Positions 1 through 19,714 of a stretch of 35,642 bases of DNA are shown one piece after another. The notes beneath the pieces are model-generated. The model ran no database searches and was not told the origin of the DNA. It saw only the letters and a list, made by a program, of their open reading frames with translations. A program made the position numbers and the translations under genes. The number at the start of each line of letters is the position of its first letter. Position 1 is the stretch's first letter. The DNA is from Eledone cirrhosa (taxonomy: Eukaryota). The DNA lies in the NCBI GenBank assembly GCA_964016885.1, contig CAXHJY010000592.1, positions 1 through 35,642 on the forward strand. Reading direction: 5' to 3'.

Positions 1-1508
<1,508 letters not shown>

Positions 1509-1908
1509 TGAAACTGTTGAGCTTTAAGTTTTCTAACCTCTTTAATATGGAATATTGATTATTAATTTATTAATTTTTTAACTTCATCCTATAAGTCTAA
1601 ACATTGTAACACACTGACCCCCATTATATTCACCTCTGCTAAGATGCGAGTCCCTGTGAAAATTTTGTCGCGCCACTCCTGGCCCGACTGTGGTGTGACA
1701 TTAATATCGACCTTCCTTCCTCTCTCTTTCTATCTTCCTTCTTGTAGCTATCAACCATTACTCTTTTACTTCTCTAAGCTAAATTTTAAAGTTCCAACTT
1801 TCTGTCGGACTGTTGGGTGGGTTTTAATGGCGGCACGACCAGCTCCGTGGCGAACGAGCTCACCTAGAGTGCTTGGAAAAATAAATTTCCCCTTCTTTCA
1901 GTAAATGA
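1509..1908 (+). other. Unique ~400 bp island, possibly the structured 3' end of an unidentified retroelement
   Basis: Flanked by microsatellite on both sides. Has an 11-bp stem TGTCGCGCCAC/GTGGTGTGACA (two G-U pairs) and AATAAA near 1879 shortly before the (TA)n tract. No recognisable protein motif. Confidence 0.3.
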
Positions 1909-1978
1909 ATATATATACATACATACATATATATATACATATATATATACATACATACATATATATATACATATATAT

Positions 1979-3064
1979 GTAGATAAATCTACCAAGAGTT
2001 TACGGTAGTGTCCAATCCGTATGAAGAACTCAATGTAATCCGGATATCATGGAAAGAAGAGATGCAATGAAAAATCACTTTCGGTGAAAGATAAACGGAA
2101 TACAGAGTCAAGATAAAATATTAAAAAAATAATGAATAAAACAATGAAACAGTTCCTTATATTAAACAAAAAAAGTTCATTATTTAACGATCGTTTCTGG
2201 GATATATATGTGTTAGAATTGGCATGTATATTTAACAAATATTATACAAAATTATACAAACTATCAAAATTAAATATACATACCAACTCATATATATGCA
2301 GTCTTCAGAAATAATTGTTTCTACTTTAGGTACAAGGCCAGCAATTACCCAGTGCATTACTGGTACTTTATTTTATCGACCCCGTAAGGATGAAAGGCAA
2401 AGTTAACCTCGGCGGGATTTGAACTCAGATCGTAAAGGGACGTAACTATGCTGGAAAGCATGGCGTCCGACCCTCTACCGATGAAATATATTTATTGATA
2501 ATAACCACAATTCAAAATTACATGTCTGTTTGGGAACAGAGTTCAAATTGACCAATGGAAACACAAAAAGTTTATACAGTTAGGTGTGTGTATATATGTA
2601 AGTAACTTCGTTCACAGATATGCATAAAAATATATGTTCACATGCATACGCATGCCGAAAAGATGTATGTAAATACAAAAATTCAGGGCTAATGTCTCTG
2701 TATGTTTATAATCTACAGATAAAATACATATACGCACATAAACATATAAATATAAAAATAAATATATACACATTCATATACTCACACACATATACATACA
2801 TTCACACACACACGCGCATATACGCATAAACATACACACAACCACGAACATACATACACACACACACACACATATGTGTATATACTATTATCATAAGCAT
2901 ATGGACATTAATGCGCGCACATAAACACTGCCACACATATTTAGATCCAGATACAGAAAGTAGGTGGGGGGGGGAGGTCAGTATTTACTGGTGTCAGCAA
3001 ACTGCCTATTTATAAATGTATCTATAAATTTAGAAATAAAAAGAAAAAAGAAAAATATTAAGAA
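1979..3064. repeat. ~1.1 kb duplicated block, copy 1
   Basis: Nearly identical to 7073-8172 (offset 5094). ORF-track peptides at 2047/7141 and 2132/7226 are identical. Confidence 0.95.
2310..2481 (-). mobile_element. tRNA-derived SINE with Meta (MetaSINE/MESC-like) core, copy 1
   Basis: Minus strand reads GAGTTCAAATCC (Pol III B-box), then GCCTTTCATCCTTACGGGGTCGATAAAATAAAGTACCAG, which resembles the Meta core as I recall it, then an ATT-type tail. The 5' A-box is degenerate or truncated. Confidence 0.75.
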
Positions 3065-6200
<3,136 letters not shown>

Positions 6201-6753
6201 TGGTGGCTGCCAACTCGTTTTCGAGCACGGCCACCACTTTATATCCATGTAGGAGAACCCCTACTGATGCGCTGAACGAGTGTGACTTCTTAGTCCAGCC
6301 AGCGACTTGAAAGCTCTGGCACAAACACCACACTTGTGACAATCATTGACACATAGTGCCGGGCCCATGGTACCATGTGACGACAAATGCAGAGAGATCT
6401 CCAGATATAAAGCAATGCCTGTGCCGTGAAGCTTTTATAGTGAGCAAAGGCACTGCACAAAGCCAGTCCCACTCTCTTAACCAAGATGATATTTACCAAA
6501 AAGAAGAACAAGTCAACATCATTGGATACCATCAGGGTTGCAGGTGTTATATCAGAGTTTTCCTTCTCTAGAATTCTGCCTTGACAAAGGCTAAGGGGTC
6601 ATCTCTCCCGGTGATTTTGGATGGCCATTGACTCTTAAGAGCTCCTTTGCCTTTTGACAGGTTTGTTTTTAGTCCTGCAGGATGTCCAAAGTCACCCTCC
6701 TCACCAAGAAACCTTGGTGGGGTTGCCAGTTTAGTCGCCAACGACCCGACCAT
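6201..6753 (-). mobile_element. Non-autonomous, internally deleted RTE-like retroelement, copy A
   Basis: Minus strand has GAAGGAAAACTCTGA (6566-6552), resembling RTE 5' regions, and a C2H2 remnant [23 protein letters not shown] (6332-6261) like RTE ORF C-termini. It ends in hairpin TGGTGGC..CTCG-AAAA-CGAG..GCCACCA abutting the microsatellite. Homologous to 25042-25601. Confidence 0.7.
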
Positions 6754-6777
6754 ATATATACATACATATATATATAC

Positions 6778-6825
<48 letters not shown>

Positions 6826-6847
6826 ATACATACATACATACATATAC

Positions 6848-6880
<33 letters not shown>

Positions 6881-6966
6881 CATACATATATATATACATA
6901 CATATATATATACATACATACATATATATATACATACAATATATATATACATACATACATATATAC

Positions 6967-6999
<33 letters not shown>

Positions 7000-7072
7000 C
7001 ATATATATATACATACATACATATATATATACATATATATATACATACATACATATATATATACATATATAT
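6754..7072. repeat. (TA)n/(TACA)n microsatellite
   Basis: Seen directly. Confidence 0.97.
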
Positions 7073-8170
7073 GTAGATAAATCTACCAAGAGTTTACGGT
7101 AGTGTCCAATCCGTATGAAGAACTCAATGTAATCCGGATATCATGGAAAGAAGAGATGCAATGAAAAATCACTTTCGGTGAAAGATAAACGGAATACAGA
7201 GTCAAGATAAAATATTAAAAAAATAATGAATAAAACAATGAAACAGTTCCTTATATTAAACAAAAAAAGTTCATTATTTAACGATCGTTTCTGGGATATA
7301 TATGTGTTAGAATTGGCATGTATATTTAACAAATATTATACAAAATTATACAAACTATCAAAATTAAATATACATACCAACTCATATATATGCAGTCTTC
7401 AGAAATAATTGTTTCTACTTTAGGTACAAGGCCAGCAATTACCCAGTGCATTACTGGTACTTTATTTTATCGACCCCGTAAGGATGAAAGGCAAAGTTAA
7501 CCTCGGCGGGATTTGAACTCAGATCGTAAAGGGACGTAACTATGCTGGAAAGCATGGCGTCCGACCCTCTACCGATGAAATATATTTATTGATAATAACC
7601 ACAATTCAAAATTACATGTCTGTTTGGGAACAGAGTTCAAATTGACCAATGGAAACACAAAAAGTTTATACAGTTAGGTGTGTGTATATATGTACGTAAC
7701 TTCGTTCACAGATATGCATAAAAATATATGTTCACATGCATACGCATGCCGAAAAGATGTATGTAAATACAAAAATTCAGGGCTAATGTCTCTGTATGTT
7801 TATAATCTACAGATAAAATACATATACGCACATAAACATATAAATATAAAAATAAATATATACACATTCATATACTCACACACATATACATACATTCACA
7901 CACACACGCGCATATACGCATAAACATACACACAACCACGAACATACATACACACACACACTCACACACACATATATGTGTATATACTATTATCATAAGC
8001 ATATGGACATTAATGCGCGCACATAAACACTGCCACACATATTTAGATCCAGATACAGAAAGTAGGTGGGGGGGGGAGGTCAGTATTTACTGGTGTCAGC
8101 AAACTGCCTATTTATAAATGTATCTATGAATTTAGAAATAAAAAGAAAAAGAAAAAAGAAAAATATTAAG

Positions 8171-8172
<2 letters not shown>
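7073..8172. repeat. ~1.1 kb duplicated block, copy 2
   Basis: Matches 1979-3064 with a few substitutions (e.g. tctataaatt vs tctatgaatt) and repeat-length differences. Confidence 0.95.
7404..7575 (-). mobile_element. tRNA-derived SINE with Meta core, copy 2
   Basis: Same sequence as 2310-2481, carried within the block duplication. Confidence 0.75.
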
Positions 8173-9660
<1,488 letters not shown>

Positions 9661-9879
9661 ACAAATACAAATAATAATAGGGGGGGGAGGGGATTATAGT
9701 AAATATAGGTTTCAAGAAACATAGAATATTAATCTGCATTTAGATCATAATGTGTTTACATAGTAGTTTCAGTATCAGGAAATGTAAGAAAGAAGGCAAA
9801 ATTATGCATTTTAATATAAGTAGACTATTAATTATAGGTTAACTAAATTAAAGATAGTTAATATATTGATTTCTAAGGT

Positions 9880-9945
9880 GTATATACATATATATATACA
9901 TACATACATATATATATACATACATACATATATATATATACATAC

Positions 9946-9976
<31 letters not shown>

Positions 9977-10029
9977 CATACATATATATATATACATATA
10001 TATATACATATATATATATATATACATAC

Positions 10030-10060
<31 letters not shown>

Positions 10061-10065
10061 CATAC

Positions 10066-10096
<31 letters not shown>

Positions 10097-10339
10097 CATA
10101 CATACATATACATACATATATATATATATACATACATACATATACATACATATATATATATATACATACATACATATACATACATATATATATATATACA
10201 TACATACATATACATACATATATATATATATACATACATACATATACATACATACATATATATATATATACATACATATACATACATACATATATATATA
10301 TACATACATATACATACATACATACATATATATATATAT

Positions 10340-10372
<33 letters not shown>

Positions 10373-10411
10373 TATATATACATACATACATACATACATA
10401 TATATATATAC

Positions 10412-10457
<46 letters not shown>
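9880..10457. repeat. (TA)n/(TACA)n microsatellite
   Basis: Seen directly. Confidence 0.97.
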
Positions 10458-11255
10458 GGGAAATGGTCGTGCTCGGTGTGTAGGAAAGGCGTAGGTAGAA
10501 ACTCCATTTTATGTCCTAAATGCAAAGTATGGGTGCATAAAAGATGTAGTGGGATCACAGGTAAGCTAACTAAGAACATAGATTTTACATGTGGCCGGTG
10601 CTCTGGTGCAATAAGTAGCAGCAAGTGCCCACAAAATACTAGCTCTTTCAATTGCGCAGAGGGTTCTATAGAAATAGTGGACAGCTTCCGTTACCTGGGC
10701 GATAAAATCAGCAGTGGGGGAGGGTGCTCTGAAAGTACTGTAGCTAGAGTCAGAACTGGTTGGAAAAAGTTCAGAGAGCTTATACCACTATTAGCTGCTA
10801 AAGGGTTCTCCCTAAAAATGAAAGGCAGGTTGTACAATGCCTGCATACGAACAGCAATGCTGCATGGCAGTGAGACCTGGGCATTGTGTGCAGAGGATAT
10901 ACGCAGTCTAGAGAGGAACGAAGCTTGCATGCTCCGCTGGATGTGTAACAGTAATATACGTGAACGGCAAAGCATAAACGAACTAAGGAAAAAATTAGAG
11001 ATAAGAGGGATCAGATGTTGTTTACTCGAGAGAAGGCTACGTTGGTATGGACACGTGATGCGCATGAAAGTCGATAGCTGTATAACAAAGTGCAGGGCAA
11101 TAAAGATAGACGGTAGTCACGGAATAGGCAGACCTAGAAAAACCTGGGACGAGCTGATAAACTCCGACATCACACACTTACACCTCTCCAAGACAATGTC
11201 ACTGGACCGAGACCTTTGGCGGTACTCAGTAACAGAGAAGACCCGCCTTACCTAA
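10458..11255 (+). pseudogene. C-terminal fragment of RTE LINE polyprotein (PHD-type finger + RT thumb/C-terminal region)
   Basis: Reads [20 protein letters not shown] (C4HC3), then [47 protein letters not shown] and DRDLWR. The frame is open but the catalytic RT core and endonuclease are absent. Confidence 0.88.
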
Positions 11256-11650
11256 ATATATAGTAAAACCTACTCCAGCCAGTAGGCATCTCTAACAAAA
11301 TACACCCCGTCCCACCACCACCACCCCCACCCCATGCACACCACCCCGTTCTATGTAAAGTTATGTTGGTGCCGCGCCATCGAGGCCGAAACAAATGAGA
11401 TCGTGTAGGTGTCACGACAAAAAAACACACAGACCACGCTGTAATGTGGCCGTGTATGCAACACGGTAAAAACCTCCCAGACCCACACTGTAAATGTGGT
11501 TGGTGTTAGGAAGGGCATCCAACTGTAGAAAACCTGCCAGACAGTCCTATGCGAGCAAGACAATCACTCTTGCCTCAAGTGGGACTACCCCCGTCCAAAT
11601 CCATGCAAGCGTGGAACACGGACGTTAAACGTTGATGATGATCATGATGA
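10458..11650 (+). mobile_element. 5'-truncated RTE-clade LINE (3' end of ORF, 3' UTR, (GAT)n tail)
   Basis: ORF fragment with late-RT/C-terminal motifs. The 3' UTR has a terminal stem-loop (CGTCC..TCCATGC-AA-GCGTGGA..GGACG) followed by a GATGATGATCATGATGA tail; short tandem-repeat tails are typical of RTE elements. Confidence 0.88.
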
Positions 11651-11666
11651 TACATACATATATATA

Positions 11667-11732
<66 letters not shown>

Positions 11733-11738
11733 TATATA

Positions 11739-11774
<36 letters not shown>

Positions 11775-11812
11775 TATACATACATAATACATACATATAT
11801 ATACATACAGAC

Positions 11813-11843
<31 letters not shown>

Positions 11844-12091
11844 CATATATACATACATATATATATATATATACATACTTACATATATATATATACATAC
11901 ATACATATATATATATACATACATACATACATATATATATATATATACATACATACATATATATATATATACATACATACATATATACATACTTACATAT
12001 ATATATACATACTTACATATATATATATACATACATACATACATATATACATATATATATATATACATACATATATACATATATATATATA

Positions 12092-12187
<96 letters not shown>

Positions 12188-12265
12188 CATACATATATAC
12201 ATATATATATATACATACATATATACATATATATATATACATACATATATACATATATATATATA

Positions 12266-12327
<62 letters not shown>

Positions 12328-12752
12328 CATACATATATACATATATATATATATACATACATATATATATATATACATACATATATATATATATACATAC
12401 ATATATACATATATATACATATATATATATATACATACATATATACATATATATATACATACATATATACATATATATATACATACATATATACATATAT
12501 ATATACATACATATATATATACATACATATATATATATACATACATATATACATACATATATACATATATATACATATACATACATATATACATATATAT
12601 ACATATATATATATATACACATATACACATATACAAACATATACATACACATACATATACATATATATATACATATACACATATATACACATATATATAT
12701 ACATACACATATATACATATATATATACATATACACATATATATATACATAT

Positions 12753-12791
<39 letters not shown>

Positions 12792-12818
12792 CACATATAT
12801 ATATATATACATATACAC

Positions 12819-12851
<33 letters not shown>

Positions 12852-12910
12852 TATATATATACATATACACATATATATATATACATATACACATATATAT
12901 ATATACATAT

Positions 12911-12951
<41 letters not shown>

Positions 12952-13184
12952 TATATATACATATATATATACACATATATATATATACATATACACATAT
13001 ATATATATATATATATACACATATATATATATATATATATACACATATATATATATATATATATACACATATATATATATATATATACATATACACATAT
13101 ATATATATACATATACACATATATATATATACATATACACATATATATATATATACATATACACATATATATATATACATATAC

Positions 13185-13217
<33 letters not shown>

Positions 13218-13224
13218 CATATAC

Positions 13225-13258
<34 letters not shown>

Positions 13259-13280
13259 ATATACATATACATATATATAC

Positions 13281-13317
<37 letters not shown>

Positions 13318-14264
13318 CACATATATATATATATATACATATACACATATATATATATATATACATATACACATATATATATATACACATATACACATAT
13401 ATATATATACACATATACACATATATATATATACACATATACACATATATATATATATACATATACACATATATATATATATATATACATATACACATAT
13501 ATATATATATACATATACACATATATATATATATACATATACACATATATATATATATACATATACACATATATATACATATACACATATATATATATAC
13601 ACATATACACATATATATATATACACATATACACATATATATATATACACATATACACATATATATATATACACATATACATATATATATACATATACAC
13701 ATACATATACACATACATATACATATACACATATATATATACATATACACATATATATATATACACATATATATATATATATATATACATATACACATAT
13801 ATATATATATATACATATACACATATATATATATATATACATATACACATATATATATATATATATACATATACACATATATATATATATATATATATAC
13901 ATATACACATATATATATATATATATATATACATATACACATATATATATACATATATATATACATATACACATATATATATACATATATATATACATAT
14001 ACACATATATATATACATATATATATACATATACACATATATATATATATATATATATACATATACACATATATATATATATATATATACATATACACAT
14101 ATATATATATATATATATACATATACACATATATATATATATATATATATACATATACACATATATATATATATATACATATACACATATATATATATAT
14201 ATACATATACACATATATATATATATATACATATACACATATATATATATATATACATACATAT

Positions 14265-14303
<39 letters not shown>

Positions 14304-14360
14304 CACATATATATATATATATATACATATACACATATATATATATATATATATACATAT

Positions 14361-14399
<39 letters not shown>

Positions 14400-14756
14400 C
14401 ACATATATATATATATATACATATACACATATATATATATATATATACACATATATATATATACATATACACATATATATATATATACATATACACATAT
14501 ATATATATACATATACACATATATATATATACATATACACATATATATATATATATACATATACACATATATATATATATATACATATACACATATATAT
14601 ATATATATACATATACACATATATATATATATATACATATACACATATATATATATATACATATACACATATATATATATATACATATACACATATATAT
14701 ATACATATACACATATATATATATATACATATACACATATATATATATACATATAC

Positions 14757-14789
<33 letters not shown>

Positions 14790-15025
14790 CATATACACAT
14801 ATATATATATATATACATATACATATACACATATATACATATACACATATATATATATATATACATATACACATATATATATATATATACATATACACAT
14901 ATATATATATATATACATATACACATATATATATATATATACATATACACATATATATATATATATACACATATATATATATATATACACATATATATAT
15001 ATATACACATATATATATATATATA
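11651..15025. repeat. Compound microsatellite shifting from TACA-type to (TA)nCATATACACA-type units
   Basis: Seen directly; the unit composition changes near 12600. Confidence 0.97.
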
Positions 15026-15048
15026 AGGATTAGAATACTGGAGCGTGT

Positions 15049-15790
15049 TTGAGTCAAACACCCTCTTCGTATTATAGAAATGACAGTAAAAGGTATAGCT
15101 CAATGCAGTTAAACAGAGCCAAAAATAAAAATGTTATTAAACTCTCATTCTCTACCACCCCTAATATTAGTTCTCATTTAGCTGGCACTAATAATGGGAA
15201 AATTAGGGATGGATTCTCCTCTCTACATACTACTAGTCTGAATGCATCGGACAATGCTTTACCACCAGAACAGTCCTTATCTAATAGAGGTCCTACGTGC
15301 AATACATCTCCACTCGAGCCAACCAATAACACCCGGAAGTGCAATTGTAGAGTGAGTGCTAACTGCCCTCTAAACGGTAACTGCCTTTCTAAGAACATTG
15401 TCTATGCTTGCGAGGTTATAACTAATTCCTCTAAAAGAACGTATATAGGATCTACTTCAAACACCTTTAAGACCAGGTTTAACTCTCATATCTCTAACTT
15501 CAAACATGTTAGGTTTAAGAATTCTACCTCTCTAGCGCATTATATCTGGGATCTTGAGGGAGCTTATATACCATATAGCCTTAACTGGAGTTTAGTAGCA
15601 CGATCTAACCACCTTTCTGCACATAGTAAGTTTTGTAATCTCTGTATACTTGAGACACACTATTATTTTCTCTAGCGTACCCTTACTGAATAGAAAGTCT
15701 GAGATATTCTCTTCTTGCCCCCATGCCATCTCTAATTCTTACTTTTATTATAAACCCAAATGTTCTAGTAGTACAAATTGTACCCATTAG
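15049..15790 (+). pseudogene. PLE GIY-YIG endonuclease remnant with one frameshift (~15665)
   Basis: Reads CNCRVSANCPLNGNC, NIVY..TYIGST..FKTRFNSH, SLAHYIWDL, CNLCILE. The expected tail LLNRKSEIFSSCPH continues in another frame to TAG at 15788-15790. Confidence 0.85.
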
Positions 15791-16756
15791 CAGATATATT
15801 CCATTACTTAGTTTTTGTTGGGTTCTTTTGTTTGCCAGCATTAATGTTATCATTGGTTTTTGATGACTCTTCATTCTAGCTCTCATAATCATTTGGCCAC
15901 TGTACCATATCTATGTCTTCACTATTACACCTTGTTAGTATACATAAGATTACACACTTTACGCCACTTACGTTATTCTATTATTATCTTTATATTTTTT
16001 TATTATTATTAACTTTAATTTTAATTTTAATATTTTTATTTTTAAATCTATTTTTATTTCTAAGTCTATTCTGATTTATCTATCGACAACCCCCCCCCTT
16101 TCTCCCCCCCCCCCCCGCCCATGCACACATAAACTTATTGTCAACCCCTCCAGATTGAATATGATTATATTTAACCCCCCCCCCCCTCTTTTATGCTCCG
16201 TTCTATTATTTATTACAGTATATCGAATATATTTTATGCCACTTCGCACCCTCCATTATTTTGTCAATTCTGTCCCCATTAGCCTACCTTAACTCTACTT
16301 AAGTCAGTTTTTTAGATATCGTTGCGTATATGATAGTGTAATTTTATTCCTTTTTGTAAACATTTGTAATGATACATTAAAGTTTATATACTTTAATGAC
16401 TTAAACTACAGCTAATATTATACTACCTTATTGGACGGGTTCGATATTTTTAATATTAATTTATCGGATAGGGTTTGGAGTCATTTAAAACTATCGCTTT
16501 CCTTGGTGTTTACCTAATTTCTTAATGCACGCGAGGCCTAAATGTGTATACATTTGCTTTTGTTTGTAATTTCCGGTTGATTGTATTTATTTGTTTTATT
16601 CTATATTCTATTTACTATTCACTGTCTGGCTTCGCTCACTCATCCACACATGTCTGTCTACTAACCTTGTAATTATAAGTATTTATATATTTTATGCCAA
16701 TATTAAAATATATTACATTATGATATAGATCCTTATTACTTACCGTTCATTATATA

Positions 16757-16910
16757 TAACATTATGATATTTAAACTTTATATATCATGTAAGATGTCTG
16801 GATTTTTTTAATATTGTAATGTGTAACATTATGATATTTAAACTTTACATATCATGTTAGATGTCTGTATATTTTTTTCTGTAACATCATATTTTTTCTG
16901 TAACATCACA
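16757..16910. repeat. Short internal tandem duplications in the PLE 3' region
   Basis: TAACATTATGATATTTAAACTTTA..ATCATGT.AGATGTCTG occurs twice (period ~67 bp), then TTTTTTCTGTAACATCA twice. Confidence 0.8.
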
Positions 16911-17654
16911 ACTTTTCCCTGTACCATTATAGTTTTTTTTTAGTATTATATCATTTATATTTCCTCATTTATTATGTAACCCAGTATGAATCAATTTGTA
17001 TATATTGTTTATAGTACTTGTTAACATAATGTTAACATTTTATCATTGTATTTCATTGTGACATCTATATTGTTTCTGTAAATTAACCGGGGATTATCTA
17101 TTCTACTTTATTATATTGTATTGAATTATATAATGTTGTTGTTTATTATTTGTTATATGTGTTTCTTGTAATTATATCATATTATTGCCTCATGTATATT
17201 GGGTAGATGTATTAGTATTATTTTCACTATTACCATGCTTATTTCTAATATTCTAACTTCTAATAGGGCTTAATTTCTGTGTAATAGAACATAGATATGT
17301 GTATTGTTATATGTGTGTGTGTGTGTGCGCACATATATACATGTATATATTGTACCTTTTGATTTTTAATTTGGAATTTTAATGTTGGTATAAATATATT
17401 ATTATTATAATGTATTATATTGTGTTATATATAATTCCTGCTCTATATAACCAAATTTGTTTAGATATAGGTTGGTGGCTTTGGACTATATTTGTAATAC
17501 GGTTCTTAATGTTATCTACATCCTTAGTTATTATAATTTTATTATTTTTATCTTTATTTTCATTTTTATTATCGTATATCTTTGTAAGACAGTGTATGTA
17601 CACTCCATATTCTTCAGAGTTTCTGGCTTGTATCTGCCGATATTGCTCTTGTTG

Positions 17655-17707
17655 TTTTGATTGCCCTGATGAGTCCTTAATAGGACGAAACATTGTCGCT
17701 AATAAAA
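17655..17707 (+). ncRNA. Minimal type I hammerhead ribozyme
   Basis: CTGATGA (17666-17672), stem II GTCCT-TAAT-AGGAC, GAAA, short stem III, GTC cleavage triplet (cut after 17697). Stem I lacks one G relative to copy 2. Confidence 0.85.
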
Positions 17708-17747
17708 ATTTTGATGTATTAAAGGATTCTTTGTTTTACTCTCAATA

Positions 17748-17815
17748 ATATATATATATACACATATATATATATATATATATATACATACACATATATA
17801 TATATATACATACAT

Positions 17816-17860
<45 letters not shown>

Positions 17861-18932
17861 CACATATATATATATATACATACACATATATATATATATA
17901 TAACATACACATATATATATATATATACATACACATATATATATATATATACATACACATATATATATATATATACATACACATATATATAATATATACA
18001 TACACATATATATATATACATATACACATATATATATATACATATACACACATATATATATATATATACACACATATTATACTATATTACATATATATAT
18101 ATATACATATACACATATATATATATATATATACATCTATATATATATACATATACACATATATATATATATACATATACACATATATATATATATACAT
18201 ATACACATATATATACATATACACATATATATATATACACATATACACATATATATATATACACATATACACATATATATATAATACACATATACACATA
18301 TATATATATACACATATACATATATATATACATATACACATATAATATATATATACATATACATATACACATACATATACACATACATATACATATACAC
18401 ATATATATATACATATTACACATATATATATATCCCATATATATTATATAATACATATACACATATATATATATATACATATACACATATATATATATAT
18501 ATACATATACACATAATATATATATATATATATATACATATACACATATATATATATATATTATATATACATATACACATATATATATACATATATATAT
18601 ACATATACACATATATATATACATATATATATACATATACACATATATATATATATATATATATACATATACAAATATACTATATATATATATATACATA
18701 TACACATATATATTATATATATATACATATACACATATATATATATATATATATACATATACACATATATATATATATATACATATATACATATACACAT
18801 ATATATATATATATATATACATATACACATATATATATATATATACATATACACATATATATATATATATACATATACACATATATATATATATATACAT
18901 ATACACATATATATATATATATACATACATAT

Positions 18933-18971
<39 letters not shown>

Positions 18972-19028
18972 CACATATATATATATATATATACATATAC
19001 ACATATATATATATATATATATACATAT

Positions 19029-19067
<39 letters not shown>

Positions 19068-19424
19068 CACATATATATATATATATACATATACACATAT
19101 ATATATATATATATACACATATATATATATACATATACACATATATATATATATACATATACACATATATATATATACATATACACATATATATATATAC
19201 ATATACACATATATATATATATATACATATACACATATATATATATATATACATATACACATATATATATATATATACATATACACATATATATATATAT
19301 ATACATATACACATATATATATATATACATATACACATATATATATATATACATATACACATATATATATACATATACACATATATATATATATACATAT
19401 ACACATATATATATATACATATAC

Positions 19425-19457
<33 letters not shown>

Positions 19458-19468
19458 CATATACACAT

Positions 19469-19499
<31 letters not shown>

Positions 19500-19596
19500 C
19501 ACATATATACATATACACATATATATATATATATACATATACACATATATATATATATATACATATACACATATATATATATATATACATATACAC

Positions 19597-19640
<44 letters not shown>

Positions 19641-19691
19641 ATATATATATATACACATATATATATATATACACATATATATATATATATA
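17748..19691. repeat. Compound microsatellite; distal part duplicates the array upstream of 15026
   Basis: ORF-track peptides from 15103 and 19769 (minus strand) match for hundreds of residues. 18050-18720 has scattered phase-breaking indels. Confidence 0.95.
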
Positions 19692-19714
19692 AGGATTAGA
19701 ATACTGGAGCGTGT

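Larger units (their letters stand above)
15026..17747 (+). mobile_element. 5'-truncated Penelope-like element (Naiad-like), copy 1
   Basis: GIY-YIG domain remnant, long AT-rich 3' region, and terminal hammerhead ribozyme + AATAAA. The clade label is tentative, based on the CxCx5C linker. Confidence 0.85.

Noticed and set aside
2400-2481. tRNA gene suggested by the B-box GAGTTCAAATCC on the minus strand
   Set aside because: No cloverleaf could be built and it runs into a SINE core, so it is a tRNA-derived SINE head.
2047-2829. Short ORFs of 60-81 aa (also 7141-7923)
   Set aside because: AT-rich chance ORFs with no motifs; identity between copies just reflects the DNA duplication.
9661-9879. 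Unique AT-rich island as a possible exon or element
   Set aside because: No informative ORF, repeat partner, terminal structure or recognisable motif.
10691-11065. Antisense ORFs over retroelement coding regions (also 15174-15398, 27701-28132, 29036-29575)
   Set aside because: Shadow ORFs of real coding frames with no independent motifs.
15049-17650. Selenocysteine recoding/SECIS, as reported for some Naiad PLEs
   Set aside because: No in-frame TGA at the visible Cys positions and no convincing SECIS seen by eye; a SECISearch run would be needed to exclude it fully.
17410-17748. Hydrophobic 112-aa ORF resembling a membrane protein
   Set aside because: Product of T-rich sequence; the frame differs in copy 2 and overlaps the hammerhead.
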